Source: Deltaproteobacteria bacterium (lineage in GTDB: Bacteria > Desulfobacterota > Desulfobacteria > Desulfobacterales > C00003060). Taken from it: a stretch of 64,000 nt of DNA. The stretch's first letter is position 1; every line of letters starts with the position of its first letter. Where the stretch lies: assembly GCA_003647275.1 (NCBI GenBank), contig QMMN01000010.1, forward strand, positions 1,121-65,120, read 5' to 3'. The notes below the pieces were generated by a model that worked only from the letters and a program-made list of their open reading frames with translations, had not been told where the DNA came from and did not search any database. Below, one piece after another: positions 18,566-27,559 of this stretch. The translations under genes and the position numbers were made by a program.

Positions 18566-19078
18566 CTACCCTGCAAAGCCCTTTGATAGCACAGCCTGAC
18601 CGTATGCCTCCCTTGTCTCCTGGGAAAGCTCGCCCGGTTTGCCAAAACGCAAGGCGTTGGTGGTGCAGGCCGCTACACAGGCCGGTTCCAGTCCCTCATC
18701 GATCCTATCCATACAAAGATCGCATTTGATGGCTTTGCCTGTTTGGGGATTCCACTGGGGAATATTCCAGGGACAGGCCGTGATGCACGCTTTGCAGCCC
18801 GCACATAGATCGGCCACGATGTACACGATGCCGTCTTTGGCTCTCCTTCGGATGGCCTCGGTCGGGCAGGCACCTATGCACCAGGCGTCCTCACAGTGAA
18901 AGCAAGGAAGAAACAGGGCCGACATCCTTGGTACGCCATTTACCAGTTTCGGCCCGAGTATGACGATCTTTCCCAGGCTTGCGCCCTGGGGGACATTGTT
19001 CTTGGCCTTGCAGTGTACCTCACAGGCGTGACAGGCAATGCATCGCTGTGGATCCGTAGAAATACAATAAGCTCCCAT
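18566..19078 (-). CDS. 4Fe-4S multi-cluster ferredoxin subunit (DmsB/PsrB-like) of the molybdopterin enzyme
   Basis: A 170 aa ORF with Cys groups CIACHACEVHC, CFHCEDAWCIGACP, CAGCKACITACP and CDLC...C. Confidence 0.8.
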   Translation of the reverse strand: MGAYCISTDPQRCIACHACEVHCKAKNNVPQGASLGKIVILGPKLVNGVPRMSALFLPCFHCEDAWCIGACPTEAIRRRAKDGIVYIVADLCAGCKACITACPWNIPQWNPQTGKAIKCDLCMDRIDEGLEPACVAACTTNALRFGKPGELSQETREAYGQAVLSKGFAG

Positions 19079-19163
19079 ATCCTTACCTCCTCAGAATATG
19101 TTTTTCATGTGAATCGGGCTTTCTTCCTGAGCGTCCTTTGTGTACGCATGGAGCACTAAACCA

Positions 19164-21251
19164 TCACGCCTTTTTCACGCTCACCAGGGTGTGATCAAGG
19201 GCCGGACTTCCGCCTATGGTATCCATGATGTGTTCCTGAAGCAATGTATCGGCCACACCCCGCTTGTAGCTCCTGGTGCATCCGGCCTCCTGGTGACCAA
19301 AACCATGGAGTATAAAGACCGCTTCAGGATGAATCAGATCGGTGACAAAGGCCCTTAATGTTCCTTTACCCACCTTTGAACTTACCTCTACCATCTCGTT
19401 GTTCTTAATCCCCAAAGCTTCGGCTTTCTTGTTGTTGATCCAGAGCACGTTTTCGGATACGAGTTCGTTCAAGTAAGGGTTGTTCTGGGTAGCGACATGG
19501 GTGTGGGCCGCACAGCGGCCAACCATAAGCCGGAAAGTACTCTCAGGGGTTTCCAGCTTTTCATAGGGAGGAAAAGAGGGAAAGCCGTGTTCCTCCATCA
19601 AGCTTGAAACAAACTCAATCTTGCCCGAAGGGGGCTTGAACTTGAGGCCGTCTTTTCGGTCCCACCATATGGGTTTGTCGCTCAGCTCAACAAATCCCTT
19701 TGCTTCAAAATCCTCTGGTTTGAGTCCCAGATCAGCCAGTTGATAATTCCAAATATCCTCGATGGATTCATAGGGGAAATATTCACCCGCTCCCAGCCTT
19801 TCAGCCAGGGCCTTTACAATCCACCACCCCGGCTTCGTGTCATACCGAGGCGTCACGCACTGCACCCGCCGGTAGGGAGCCGGTTTCAGGCCCGGGAACA
19901 TCTTGATAGGATCTGACCGTTCCAAGAATGTGGACTCTGGCAAAACCACATCGCTCATCCAGGTGATTCCGCCCCAGTTGATATCAATACTGACAATGAG
20001 GTCCAGTTTTTCAAGGGCCTTGAGGTTTTGGTTAAGGTCGGGGATCGAGTACAAGGGGTCAAAACGGAAGGCGAAAAGGACCTTGATGGGATAGGGGTCC
20101 TCATTTAGTACAGCCAAGGGGAACATGCCCCCAACGCCGTGAGCTGGATCCGCAATAGGGTACTTATCCTGCCCGCAACCGTCGAACCTACGGGTATCCT
20201 CCATCTTGGGAAACTTCTGGCTTGAATAGTTGCGCAATCCAGCCTTATGACCGGCATCCTTGGGGCCCTTCTTGAAGAAGATGCCGCCCTTTGCCTCAAT
20301 ACTCCCCATAAGGGCGTTTAAGATCAAGAGCGAACGCCTAAAATAGATCTCATTAGGGTGATTCGCGCCCCTGTAACCATAGTGAAAGATAACAGACGGT
20401 TTGGCCTCGCCTAGTTCCTGCGCCAGTGCAACAATTTCATTGGCCGGGATACCGGTTTCCTCTTCTGCCCACTCCGGGGTGTAACGATCGACAAAGGTAC
20501 GGAGCTTCTCGAAACCATCGACCCACCGATCCACATATTCCGCGTCAAAGAGGCGCTCCTTGATAATGACGTTCATCAGGGCATAATTGAGGGCAAGGTC
20601 GGTTCCTGGCCGAATCATCAGGTAACGGGTGGACTTTGCGGCTGTGATCGTAACCCGTGGATCCACATAGGTCAGCTTGGCCCCCTTTCCCATGGCGTCG
20701 AGCAGGTTATTAACCGCCTTTACTTCTATGGCCTCAAAGATATTGCGGCCATAGAGCACAATGTGTTTGGTGTTTCCATAGTCAACACTGATCTGGGCGT
20801 CGGTGTACCCGAAAAGGGATCTGCACGCCGTGTTGACCGACCCCTTACATAAAGCGTCATGGGTAAAATAATTGGGGGTTCCTATAGCCTTTGTAAAGGT
20901 CTTGCTCAGGTCTGTAATGAAATTGGTCCTTTCACACCAGACAGCGGATTTGCTTCCGTATTTTGAAAAAATTTCCTTGCATTTCTCGGCCGTGTAATCA
21001 AGGGCCTCATCCCAGCTCACCCTCTTCCACTGGCCCGAACCGCGTGGACCGGTTCTGATCATCGGAGCCTGTAGCCTTTCTGTGTCGTTAAGCAGCCCGG
21101 TGGCCGCTGCGCCCTTGGGGCATACCCCCCCCTTCATGGCCCCTACATAGGGATTGCCCTCTATGCTTACAATTTCATCGTCTTCCACAACGACCTTTAT
21201 GGGGCATCGAATCGAACACATAAAGCAAAGCGTATACACGACCTTTTTCAT
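19164..21251 (-). CDS. molybdopterin (MopB family) oxidoreductase catalytic subunit, no Tat signal, substrate unknown
   Basis: A 695 aa ORF. The N-terminal motif is CFMCSIRC...CPKG, a candidate Mo-ligand Cys lies in THDALCKGS, and the layout resembles PsrA/PhsA/Ttr. Confidence 0.8.
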   Translation of the reverse strand: MKKVVYTLCFMCSIRCPIKVVVEDDEIVSIEGNPYVGAMKGGVCPKGAAATGLLNDTERLQAPMIRTGPRGSGQWKRVSWDEALDYTAEKCKEIFSKYGSKSAVWCERTNFITDLSKTFTKAIGTPNYFTHDALCKGSVNTACRSLFGYTDAQISVDYGNTKHIVLYGRNIFEAIEVKAVNNLLDAMGKGAKLTYVDPRVTITAAKSTRYLMIRPGTDLALNYALMNVIIKERLFDAEYVDRWVDGFEKLRTFVDRYTPEWAEEETGIPANEIVALAQELGEAKPSVIFHYGYRGANHPNEIYFRRSLLILNALMGSIEAKGGIFFKKGPKDAGHKAGLRNYSSQKFPKMEDTRRFDGCGQDKYPIADPAHGVGGMFPLAVLNEDPYPIKVLFAFRFDPLYSIPDLNQNLKALEKLDLIVSIDINWGGITWMSDVVLPESTFLERSDPIKMFPGLKPAPYRRVQCVTPRYDTKPGWWIVKALAERLGAGEYFPYESIEDIWNYQLADLGLKPEDFEAKGFVELSDKPIWWDRKDGLKFKPPSGKIEFVSSLMEEHGFPSFPPYEKLETPESTFRLMVGRCAAHTHVATQNNPYLNELVSENVLWINNKKAEALGIKNNEMVEVSSKVGKGTLRAFVTDLIHPEAVFILHGFGHQEAGCTRSYKRGVADTLLQEHIMDTIGGSPALDHTLVSVKKA

Positions 21252-21437
21252 GGCACATTCCTCCTCTGAGATCTGTTTAGGCTTATCTATTTCATTAACC
21301 CAATCAATTCGTGACTTGATCGGGGAAGTTTCCTTATGCGGGATAAGGGATCTGTTTTTCTCAATCCCTTATCCCACAAGGGATGGAAGGAAGAGTTTAG
21401 GGGGAAAAATCAGTAATCTACCCGGCAGAAAGTGGTG

Positions 21438-21453
21438 AGCAAGAAGGGTGCCA
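21438..21453 (-). promoter_or_regulatory. sigma54 promoter for the molybdopterin-Rnf gene array
   Basis: The minus strand reads TGGCACCCTTCTTGCT, a full match to TGGCAC-N5-TTGCW, about 187 nt upstream of ATG 21251. Confidence 0.75.
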
Positions 21454-21624
21454 GATACCTACAGCAGGATTTATTTGTCATGAATGATAAAAATTACACA
21501 TAGTTAGGTGCAAAATCTTGATCGCGTTTCTGGGTAGACACCCCTAACAGGGGCGTGTGAATGCCATGTTTTGGTGTCACCTGCAAGGAAAATAAGGGAT
21601 ATTTATTTAATGATATCATTTAGA

Positions 21625-21672
21625 TGTGCAACATTAAGCTGCTGGAATTGCAGTGCAATAAGAAACTTGCAC
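21625..21672. promoter_or_regulatory. candidate enhancer (UAS) dyads for the NtrC-type activator
   Basis: The palindrome GTGCAA-N8-TTGCAC (21653-21672) plus TGTGCAAC...TTGCA (21625-21652) lie 170-230 bp upstream of the sigma54 element. Confidence 0.45.
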
Positions 21673-21688
21673 CCCGGGGGTAATCTCC

Positions 21689-21717
21689 TTGACTTTTGGC
21701 GACACTTTATTGATAAT
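21689..21717 (+). promoter_or_regulatory. sigma70-type promoter for the binding-protein/kinase/regulator operon
   Basis: TTGACT, a 17-nt spacer, then GATAAT. An AAGGAG RBS and ATG 21753 follow. Confidence 0.5.
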
Positions 21718-21752
21718 AAGATTAAATATGGCCTGAAGGAGATACATAATAT

Positions 21753-22688
21753 ATGCAAATTATTAAAAATAAGGTCTTCGTAGCGGTTGTTGCGTTAAGC
21801 TGTTTGTTTGCGGCATGCTCCAAAGAAGAGCCAGCCCAAAAAATTGACCTGAGCAAACGAGAAGCAGTTGGCATCAGAGAGGAAGAAGACGTCATTACCT
21901 ATGCCTACCTGCCGCAATATTCCCATACCGTTTCCTATCAGAGGCACTACCTGTTAGTAGAGTATCTCAAGAAGGAAACCGGCCTTAACATCAAGCAGGT
22001 ATTTCCAGATACTTTTGATGAGCACATGAGGATGGTAGGACAGGAAAAGATCGACATTTCATTTTCTAATCCCTTTATTTACGTTAAGATTGCCCATCGT
22101 TACGGGGCGCGCGCGTTTGCGCGCACAGTAGAAGTGTATGGTAAGGAGAACTTTAGAGGACAAATCATATGCCGCGCTGACAACAAGAAGATCAGGACGC
22201 TTGAAGACTGTAAAGGGAAGCGATGGGTTGCCGTCGATCCTTCATCTGCCGGAGGTTATCTTTATGCCTTGGGGCATTTTATTGACCACGGCATTAGCAA
22301 AGAAGACTTTGCAGAGATTGCCTTTGCTCCCGGGCCGGGTGGCAAGCAGGAGAAGGTCGTCCTTGCCGTCTACGCGGGCAAATATGACATAGGCTCTATT
22401 CGGGAAGGGACGCTAAATGTGGTAGCTGACAAGATCGACATAAATCAGATCAGGGTCATTGCCCACACCAAGTGGTATCCGGGGTGGGTATATGCCTCCC
22501 GTCGAGGCCTTGAGCAAGAGATTGTCGACAAAATTAGAGAGGCATTGGTGAGTCTTGATTATGATAATCCCGAGCATAAAAAAATACTCGATATGGCTGA
22601 TATCATAGGTGTTGTCCCCTCGGAAGATTTAGAGTTCGACTCCATCAGAGACTTGGCAGCCAAGGTCGGAATTGATTTGGATGAATAA
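21753..22688 (+). CDS. PhnD-family (phosphonate-type) periplasmic substrate-binding lipoprotein, probable sensor partner
   Basis: Lipobox LFAAC. The overall pattern fits the PhnD/Phosphonate-bd fold, judged by eye. Confidence 0.65.
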   Translation: MQIIKNKVFVAVVALSCLFAACSKEEPAQKIDLSKREAVGIREEEDVITYAYLPQYSHTVSYQRHYLLVEYLKKETGLNIKQVFPDTFDEHMRMVGQEKIDISFSNPFIYVKIAHRYGARAFARTVEVYGKENFRGQIICRADNKKIRTLEDCKGKRWVAVDPSSAGGYLYALGHFIDHGISKEDFAEIAFAPGPGGKQEKVVLAVYAGKYDIGSIREGTLNVVADKIDINQIRVIAHTKWYPGWVYASRRGLEQEIVDKIREALVSLDYDNPEHKKILDMADIIGVVPSEDLEFDSIRDLAAKVGIDLDE

Positions 22689-22697
22689 GGGTAAGCC

Positions 22698-24713
22698 TTG
22701 AGACGATTTCAGATAAAATTTGGCTTTCGAGGCAAGGTCTATGTCGGTACTATCTCTATAGTTCTACTATCCGGGTTTTTGATCGCCTTGTCTGTGAGCA
22801 CAATCGTGTCAGATGTATTATCAAAAGAGTTCAAAAACAGAGGGATATCCATTGCTATAAACCTTGCTGCACGAAGTGAGGAGCCAATCTTGGCCATGGA
22901 TTTCCTTCGCATGAAAGACTTGATTGATGAAGGGGTTAGATCAAGCGATGATATTTCATACGCATTTACCCTTGATCAAAACGGGGAAGTCCTCAGTCAT
23001 ACCTTTGAGGGAGGGTTTCCTGTTGAACTGAAGACAGCAAACAGGGTTTCTGAAGGTCAAGACTACAATATCAAGCTTTTGGACACAGGAAAAGATCTAA
23101 TTTATGATTTTGCCGCGCCTGTGTTTGTAGGGAATCATAGGCTTGGAACCGTACGGATAGGTCTTTCAAGGACAAAAGTTAAAGAGACCATCAATGATCT
23201 CTTATCGACGATTCTCGTATTAATGGGATTATCGATACTGATAGCAGGTCTTGCCGGGGCAGGCTTTGCAGATCAGGTCACAAGACGGATCAAGAAATTG
23301 CATTGGGCATCAGAAGAGGCATTAAGGGGTAATTTAGATGTCCAAGCAGCCCCCCTGTTGAAAAAAAACTGTTGGGAAATCATGAACTGCAACAATGAGG
23401 CATGTCCGGCCTATGGTGAAAGGCACAGGCGTTGCTGGTATGTTGCTGGCACGATGTGTCCAGAGTGTGTTGATGGTGAATATGTAAAAAAGATTGAAAA
23501 CTGTAGGAGCTGTCGAGTTTATAGGAGGAACTCAGGGGATGAAATCCAGCATTTGGCCGAATCCTTTGATGCCATGACACAGTCCCTCAAAGATCACATA
23601 ACCCGAGTGGAAGAATCAAAAGAAGCCATAGAAAAATCGGGGAGGAAATATCGACGTATCTTTGAAGGTTCTATGGACTTTATTTTTGTAGCTGATAACA
23701 AAGGCAATTTTTTGGACATCAATCAAGCTGGCTTGGCCCTGTTGGGCTATGATTCCAAGGAGGCATTCCTTGGAACGGTCAATTTAGGTGATATCCTTGT
23801 CGAACCTGAGCGTATCGAGTCCTTGTTTGAAGAAATTGCCTCCAAAGGGTTCATCAAAGACATGGAATGCACCCTGAGGGCCAGGGATGGTCGTGAGCTT
23901 CAGGTTCTGTTTAGCAGTACGGCCCATAGGGACGAAACAGGTCAGATTATCAGCTACGAAGGGATTATTAAGGATATAACGCAGCGAAGGAATATAAAGC
24001 GGCAATTGTTACAGGCGGATAAGCTGGCATCTATCGGACAGCTTTCAGCTGGTGTGGCTCACGAAATCAATAACCCGCTGGGCTTGATTCTGGGTTATAC
24101 CCAGCTTTTAATTCGCGGAGAGCCCGAAGGATCCGAGAAATATGAGGATTTGAAAAGGATCGAAAAGCATGGACGCAACTGCAAAAGAATCGTGGAGGCC
24201 CTCATTAGCTTTGCCAGGAGAACGGAAACCAAGATGGTCATGATAGACATCAACCAGACGATTCAAGAGGTCATTGCTGTTGTCAGGCATCAATTTGAAC
24301 TCGACAACGTGCGGATTGAGACCGTCTTTGATGAGGCCATACCACCTTTTGGAGGGGACAGCGATAAACTCAAGCAGGTTTTTATGAATCTTCTTATGAA
24401 TGCCAATCAGGCTATTTCGGATTCAGGTCATATCACGATTTCCACCAAGTTTGTTCGGGGACAAGAGGAGGTCCGTATCATCGTTGAGGATACGGGCTCC
24501 GGGATTCCACCAGAGATTATCGACAAGATATTTGATCCCTTCTTTACCACGAAGCCAACGGGCCAGGGAACAGGCCTTGGTCTTTCGGTGAGCTACGGGA
24601 TCGTTAAAGAGCACAATGGTGACATCTTGGTTCACAGTGAACCGGGCAGGGGGGCAATTTTTACGGTTGTTCTCCCTGTGTGTCGAGTTGAAGAAGATGG
24701 AGTCGCTCATTAG
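22698..24713 (+). CDS. sensor histidine kinase: 2 TM + periplasmic domain, HAMP, Cys-rich two-CW module, PAS, HisKA, HATPase
   Basis: TTG start. Motifs are [34 protein letters not shown]...CRSCRVYRR, the H-box [10 protein letters not shown], and the N/G boxes NLLMNANQA and DTGSGI...GTGLGLS. Confidence 0.85.
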   Translation: MRRFQIKFGFRGKVYVGTISIVLLSGFLIALSVSTIVSDVLSKEFKNRGISIAINLAARSEEPILAMDFLRMKDLIDEGVRSSDDISYAFTLDQNGEVLSHTFEGGFPVELKTANRVSEGQDYNIKLLDTGKDLIYDFAAPVFVGNHRLGTVRIGLSRTKVKETINDLLSTILVLMGLSILIAGLAGAGFADQVTRRIKKLHWASEEALRGNLDVQAAPLLKKNCWEIMNCNNEACPAYGERHRRCWYVAGTMCPECVDGEYVKKIENCRSCRVYRRNSGDEIQHLAESFDAMTQSLKDHITRVEESKEAIEKSGRKYRRIFEGSMDFIFVADNKGNFLDINQAGLALLGYDSKEAFLGTVNLGDILVEPERIESLFEEIASKGFIKDMECTLRARDGRELQVLFSSTAHRDETGQIISYEGIIKDITQRRNIKRQLLQADKLASIGQLSAGVAHEINNPLGLILGYTQLLIRGEPEGSEKYEDLKRIEKHGRNCKRIVEALISFARRTETKMVMIDINQTIQEVIAVVRHQFELDNVRIETVFDEAIPPFGGDSDKLKQVFMNLLMNANQAISDSGHITISTKFVRGQEEVRIIVEDTGSGIPPEIIDKIFDPFFTTKPTGQGTGLGLSVSYGIVKEHNGDILVHSEPGRGAIFTVVLPVCRVEEDGVAH

Positions 24714-24714
24714 C

Positions 24715-26103
24715 ATGAAAGCAAAGCTCTTAGTCGTAGATGACGAAGCAGATATGCTTAACCTGTTGAAGAGGTCCATTGGAGAGGATCTTGACTGCCA
24801 TGTCGAGACCGCCTTAAGTGGTGAGGAGGCCTTTCGCCTCATTGAGCGGAAGCCTTTTGATCTGGCGCTTGTGGACATCCGCATGCCTGGTATGGACGGC
24901 ATTGAGCTTCTTGAACGGATCAAACAGGTTGATCCATGGCTTACGGTGGTCATGATGACAGCATATGGGGTCATAGAGGTTGCAGTGGAGTCGATTAAAA
25001 AAGGGGCCTATGACTTTATTACCAAGCCCTTTGATCAAGATGACCTGATACGCGTTTTGCGAAAGGCTCTGGAGCGGAGCCGGTTGTTGCGCGAAAACTT
25101 AAACCTGCGAAAGCGTATCAAGGAAGAGGACACCTTTCAAAATTTTATTGGTGTTAGTCCAAGGATGCAAAAGGTGTACGACACCATACAGATGCTCAGT
25201 AAAACGGATGTTACCGTGCTGATTACCGGAGAGTCAGGGACCGGCAAGAACTTGGCCGCCAAGGCCATCCATGCCTTGAGTCATCGGAGCGCCAAACCTT
25301 ATGTGCGAGTAAGTTGCCCCACACTCCCGGAAAATATATTGGAAAGCGAGCTTTTTGGCTACAAAAAAGGCGCCTTCACCCACGCCACTCAGGATAAGAA
25401 GGGCCTGTTTGAAGAAGCCCATGGCGGTACCATCTATTTGGATGAAATCGGCGACATCAGCCCCTCCATACAAACCAAACTCCTCCAGGTCCTTGAGGAC
25501 AAGGAAATGAAACCACTCGGTCAGACCAAGACCATCTGTGTGGATGTAAGGGTGATTGCCTCTACCAATAGCGACTTAAGGTCCAAGATGGATACGCGCG
25601 AATTTCGGGAAGACCTTTTCTACCGATTGAACGTGGTTAATGTGGAAATGCCTCCATTGAGGGAACGCAAAGAAGATATCCCCCTTTTGGTGCACCACTT
25701 TTTGGACAAATATTGCACTAAGTTCAACAGGAAGAAAAAGCAGATCTCTTCGGATCTGATGCAGTTGTTCTTGGAACGAAACTGGGAAGGGAATGTCAGG
25801 GAATTAAAAAACACGATTAAGGGTGCTGTAGTAATGGCCCCGGAAGACTGGATTCGAATAGAGGACATAGGATGGCATCGCTTCACAGAATCACAGACTT
25901 CCCCAACAGATGAACTTAGTGCGCTTCCGTATCGTGAGGCGAAACAGCGAGTTTTAAAACGGTTTAATGTAAACTATATCAGCAATGCTCTTCGACAAAC
26001 CAGCGGCAATGTGACCAAAGCCGCCCAACAGTGTGGCCTTGAGCGGCAATCTTTGCAACAAATCATGAAGAAATGTGGGATTAAATCGATTGATTTTCGC
26101 TGA
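24715..26103 (+). CDS. sigma54-dependent response regulator (NtrC family)
   Basis: Receiver domain (LLVVDDE...VDIRMPGMDG), AAA+ domain (GESGTGK, GAFTHA, ESELFGY) and a C-terminal Fis-type HTH. ATG 24715 is 2 nt after the kinase stop; ATG 24697 is an alternative. Confidence 0.88.
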   Translation: MKAKLLVVDDEADMLNLLKRSIGEDLDCHVETALSGEEAFRLIERKPFDLALVDIRMPGMDGIELLERIKQVDPWLTVVMMTAYGVIEVAVESIKKGAYDFITKPFDQDDLIRVLRKALERSRLLRENLNLRKRIKEEDTFQNFIGVSPRMQKVYDTIQMLSKTDVTVLITGESGTGKNLAAKAIHALSHRSAKPYVRVSCPTLPENILESELFGYKKGAFTHATQDKKGLFEEAHGGTIYLDEIGDISPSIQTKLLQVLEDKEMKPLGQTKTICVDVRVIASTNSDLRSKMDTREFREDLFYRLNVVNVEMPPLRERKEDIPLLVHHFLDKYCTKFNRKKKQISSDLMQLFLERNWEGNVRELKNTIKGAVVMAPEDWIRIEDIGWHRFTESQTSPTDELSALPYREAKQRVLKRFNVNYISNALRQTSGNVTKAAQQCGLERQSLQQIMKKCGIKSIDFR

Positions 26104-26532
26104 ACTGCAATAAATTACTTGCACCGCAATGAATGCCTGCTAGAACGACAACCTATTAAAATCATTGAAACTAGGCATATACACCCATCGAAGTGTTATT
26201 GTTGAATGGCACCTGCCTATCGCTTTTCCGCCATATGTTTCAGCCACACCACGCCTGCCAAGCAAAAAACAGCAATAAAATCCATCTGTTATAACCTGCA
26301 TATGCCTTGTCCTAGAGAACAGGCGTTCTTGGCATGCCGCTTGCTGAATAGGCCTGAATAGGCTCAAGTGGAGGTTGGTCAAGTTTGACCGCAAAAGCCG
26401 CACTGTCTGTTTGAGCCTCAAAAGTTATATCAGAAACACAACAGGGCCACCCGGAGCCTTCCCAACGGCAGCAGCTTAAGAAACCAAAAAATCCGTAAAA
26501 TTCTAACGGCTTAGATTGAAGCTGCCTGCAGC

Positions 26533-26578
26533 CCGCGAAGCACTGCCGTCAGGCAGAACCTGCGGGGTTAGCGGCCGC
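26533..26578. repeat. type Y repeat, partial copy in inverted orientation
   Basis: CGCGAAGCACTGCCGTCAGGCAGAACCTGCGG aligns with the reverse complement of 51700-51730 (CGCAAAGCGCTGCCGTAAGGCAGAACCCCCG). Confidence 0.55.
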
Positions 26579-26614
26579 TGTGTATTTTCAAAATGAAAAG
26601 GAGACAACCCAGAA

Positions 26615-27364
26615 GTGCATGAAATAAATCGATATAGCCCAGGACTATACGAGTTTATAAAACACAAAGTAGAAGTAGAAAATCTCTATGACTACGAGGT
26701 CGCCACCACATTGAAGGTGAGCAATGCATTCATCAGACGTTTACGAAAAACCTTTAGAATTCAAAAGGCCAATGGATTCTTCAGGCGTTTCGAGCGTACC
26801 TACGGCACAGGGTCGATCGACAGGTTCAAAAGGATGATAGAAGATCCGAGAAACTCCCTGTCCGATGTAGCCAAACATTTTGGGTTCTCTAGGGAAAACG
26901 CCCGGATTGTTTACCAGAAGATCTACGGGTACCCTTACACGATAGCCTACAAGAAAAAACTGCAAATAAGGAGGCGTGAAAAGCGAATCGCCATGATGTC
27001 AAAGCGCCTGAAACGCTTAATGAAGGTAAGCAAGAAAATGAAAGCGATGGGTCTTGATTCTCATATTATGCATGAAGGGCCCGTCTACAGGATTATTGTA
27101 AATGGGTACAAGCTGGCATTCAGATGTGCTTCAAAGCCTGCCTTCATAGGCAATAAACAGTACTTTCGTTTCAATAATGCAAAAAGCGCCAACACCGACT
27201 GCGATTTTTTTATCTGTCTTTGCGGAAAAAACATCCATTATATTATACCACGCCACGCCATGCCGAAATACGGTGTTTTTCTCTCCCCTGCGGCAGGTGC
27301 CAACGAAAGCAAGTATGCTCATTTCAGGGAGGCTTGGCACTTACTGGATAAAAAAGGGTTATGA
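26615..27364 (+). CDS. hypothetical basic protein (possible N-terminal HTH repeats; C-terminal nuclease-like fold is speculative)
   Basis: A 249 aa ORF with a GTG start after a GGAG RBS. No motif was recognised with confidence. Confidence 0.5.
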   Translation: MHEINRYSPGLYEFIKHKVEVENLYDYEVATTLKVSNAFIRRLRKTFRIQKANGFFRRFERTYGTGSIDRFKRMIEDPRNSLSDVAKHFGFSRENARIVYQKIYGYPYTIAYKKKLQIRRREKRIAMMSKRLKRLMKVSKKMKAMGLDSHIMHEGPVYRIIVNGYKLAFRCASKPAFIGNKQYFRFNNAKSANTDCDFFICLCGKNIHYIIPRHAMPKYGVFLSPAAGANESKYAHFREAWHLLDKKGL

Positions 27365-27559
27365 TATTAACAGGTTGGGCAGGAATCATATCAAAAAGGA
27401 GGGCCATTAAATCATCATTTTCGATAATAAATAAGAGAACATAAAATAACTTTAAAAGGGAAGGGGGGGTGACGCTAACCAAATCGTTTATTGATAACGA
27501 TTATACAAGGGATGTTTTAAGCAAGTCATTGTCGAAAATAGACGCTAAGGAGGAACGAA

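Noticed and set aside
24423-24974. A 183-aa minus-strand ORF spanning the kinase/regulator junction.
   Set aside because: It is antisense to two well-supported genes and shows no motif.
26140-26421. A 93-aa minus-strand ORF after the NtrC-type regulator gene.
   Set aside because: It has no RBS, an odd composition and no recognisable domain. The region also contains repeat fragments, so it is treated as non-coding.
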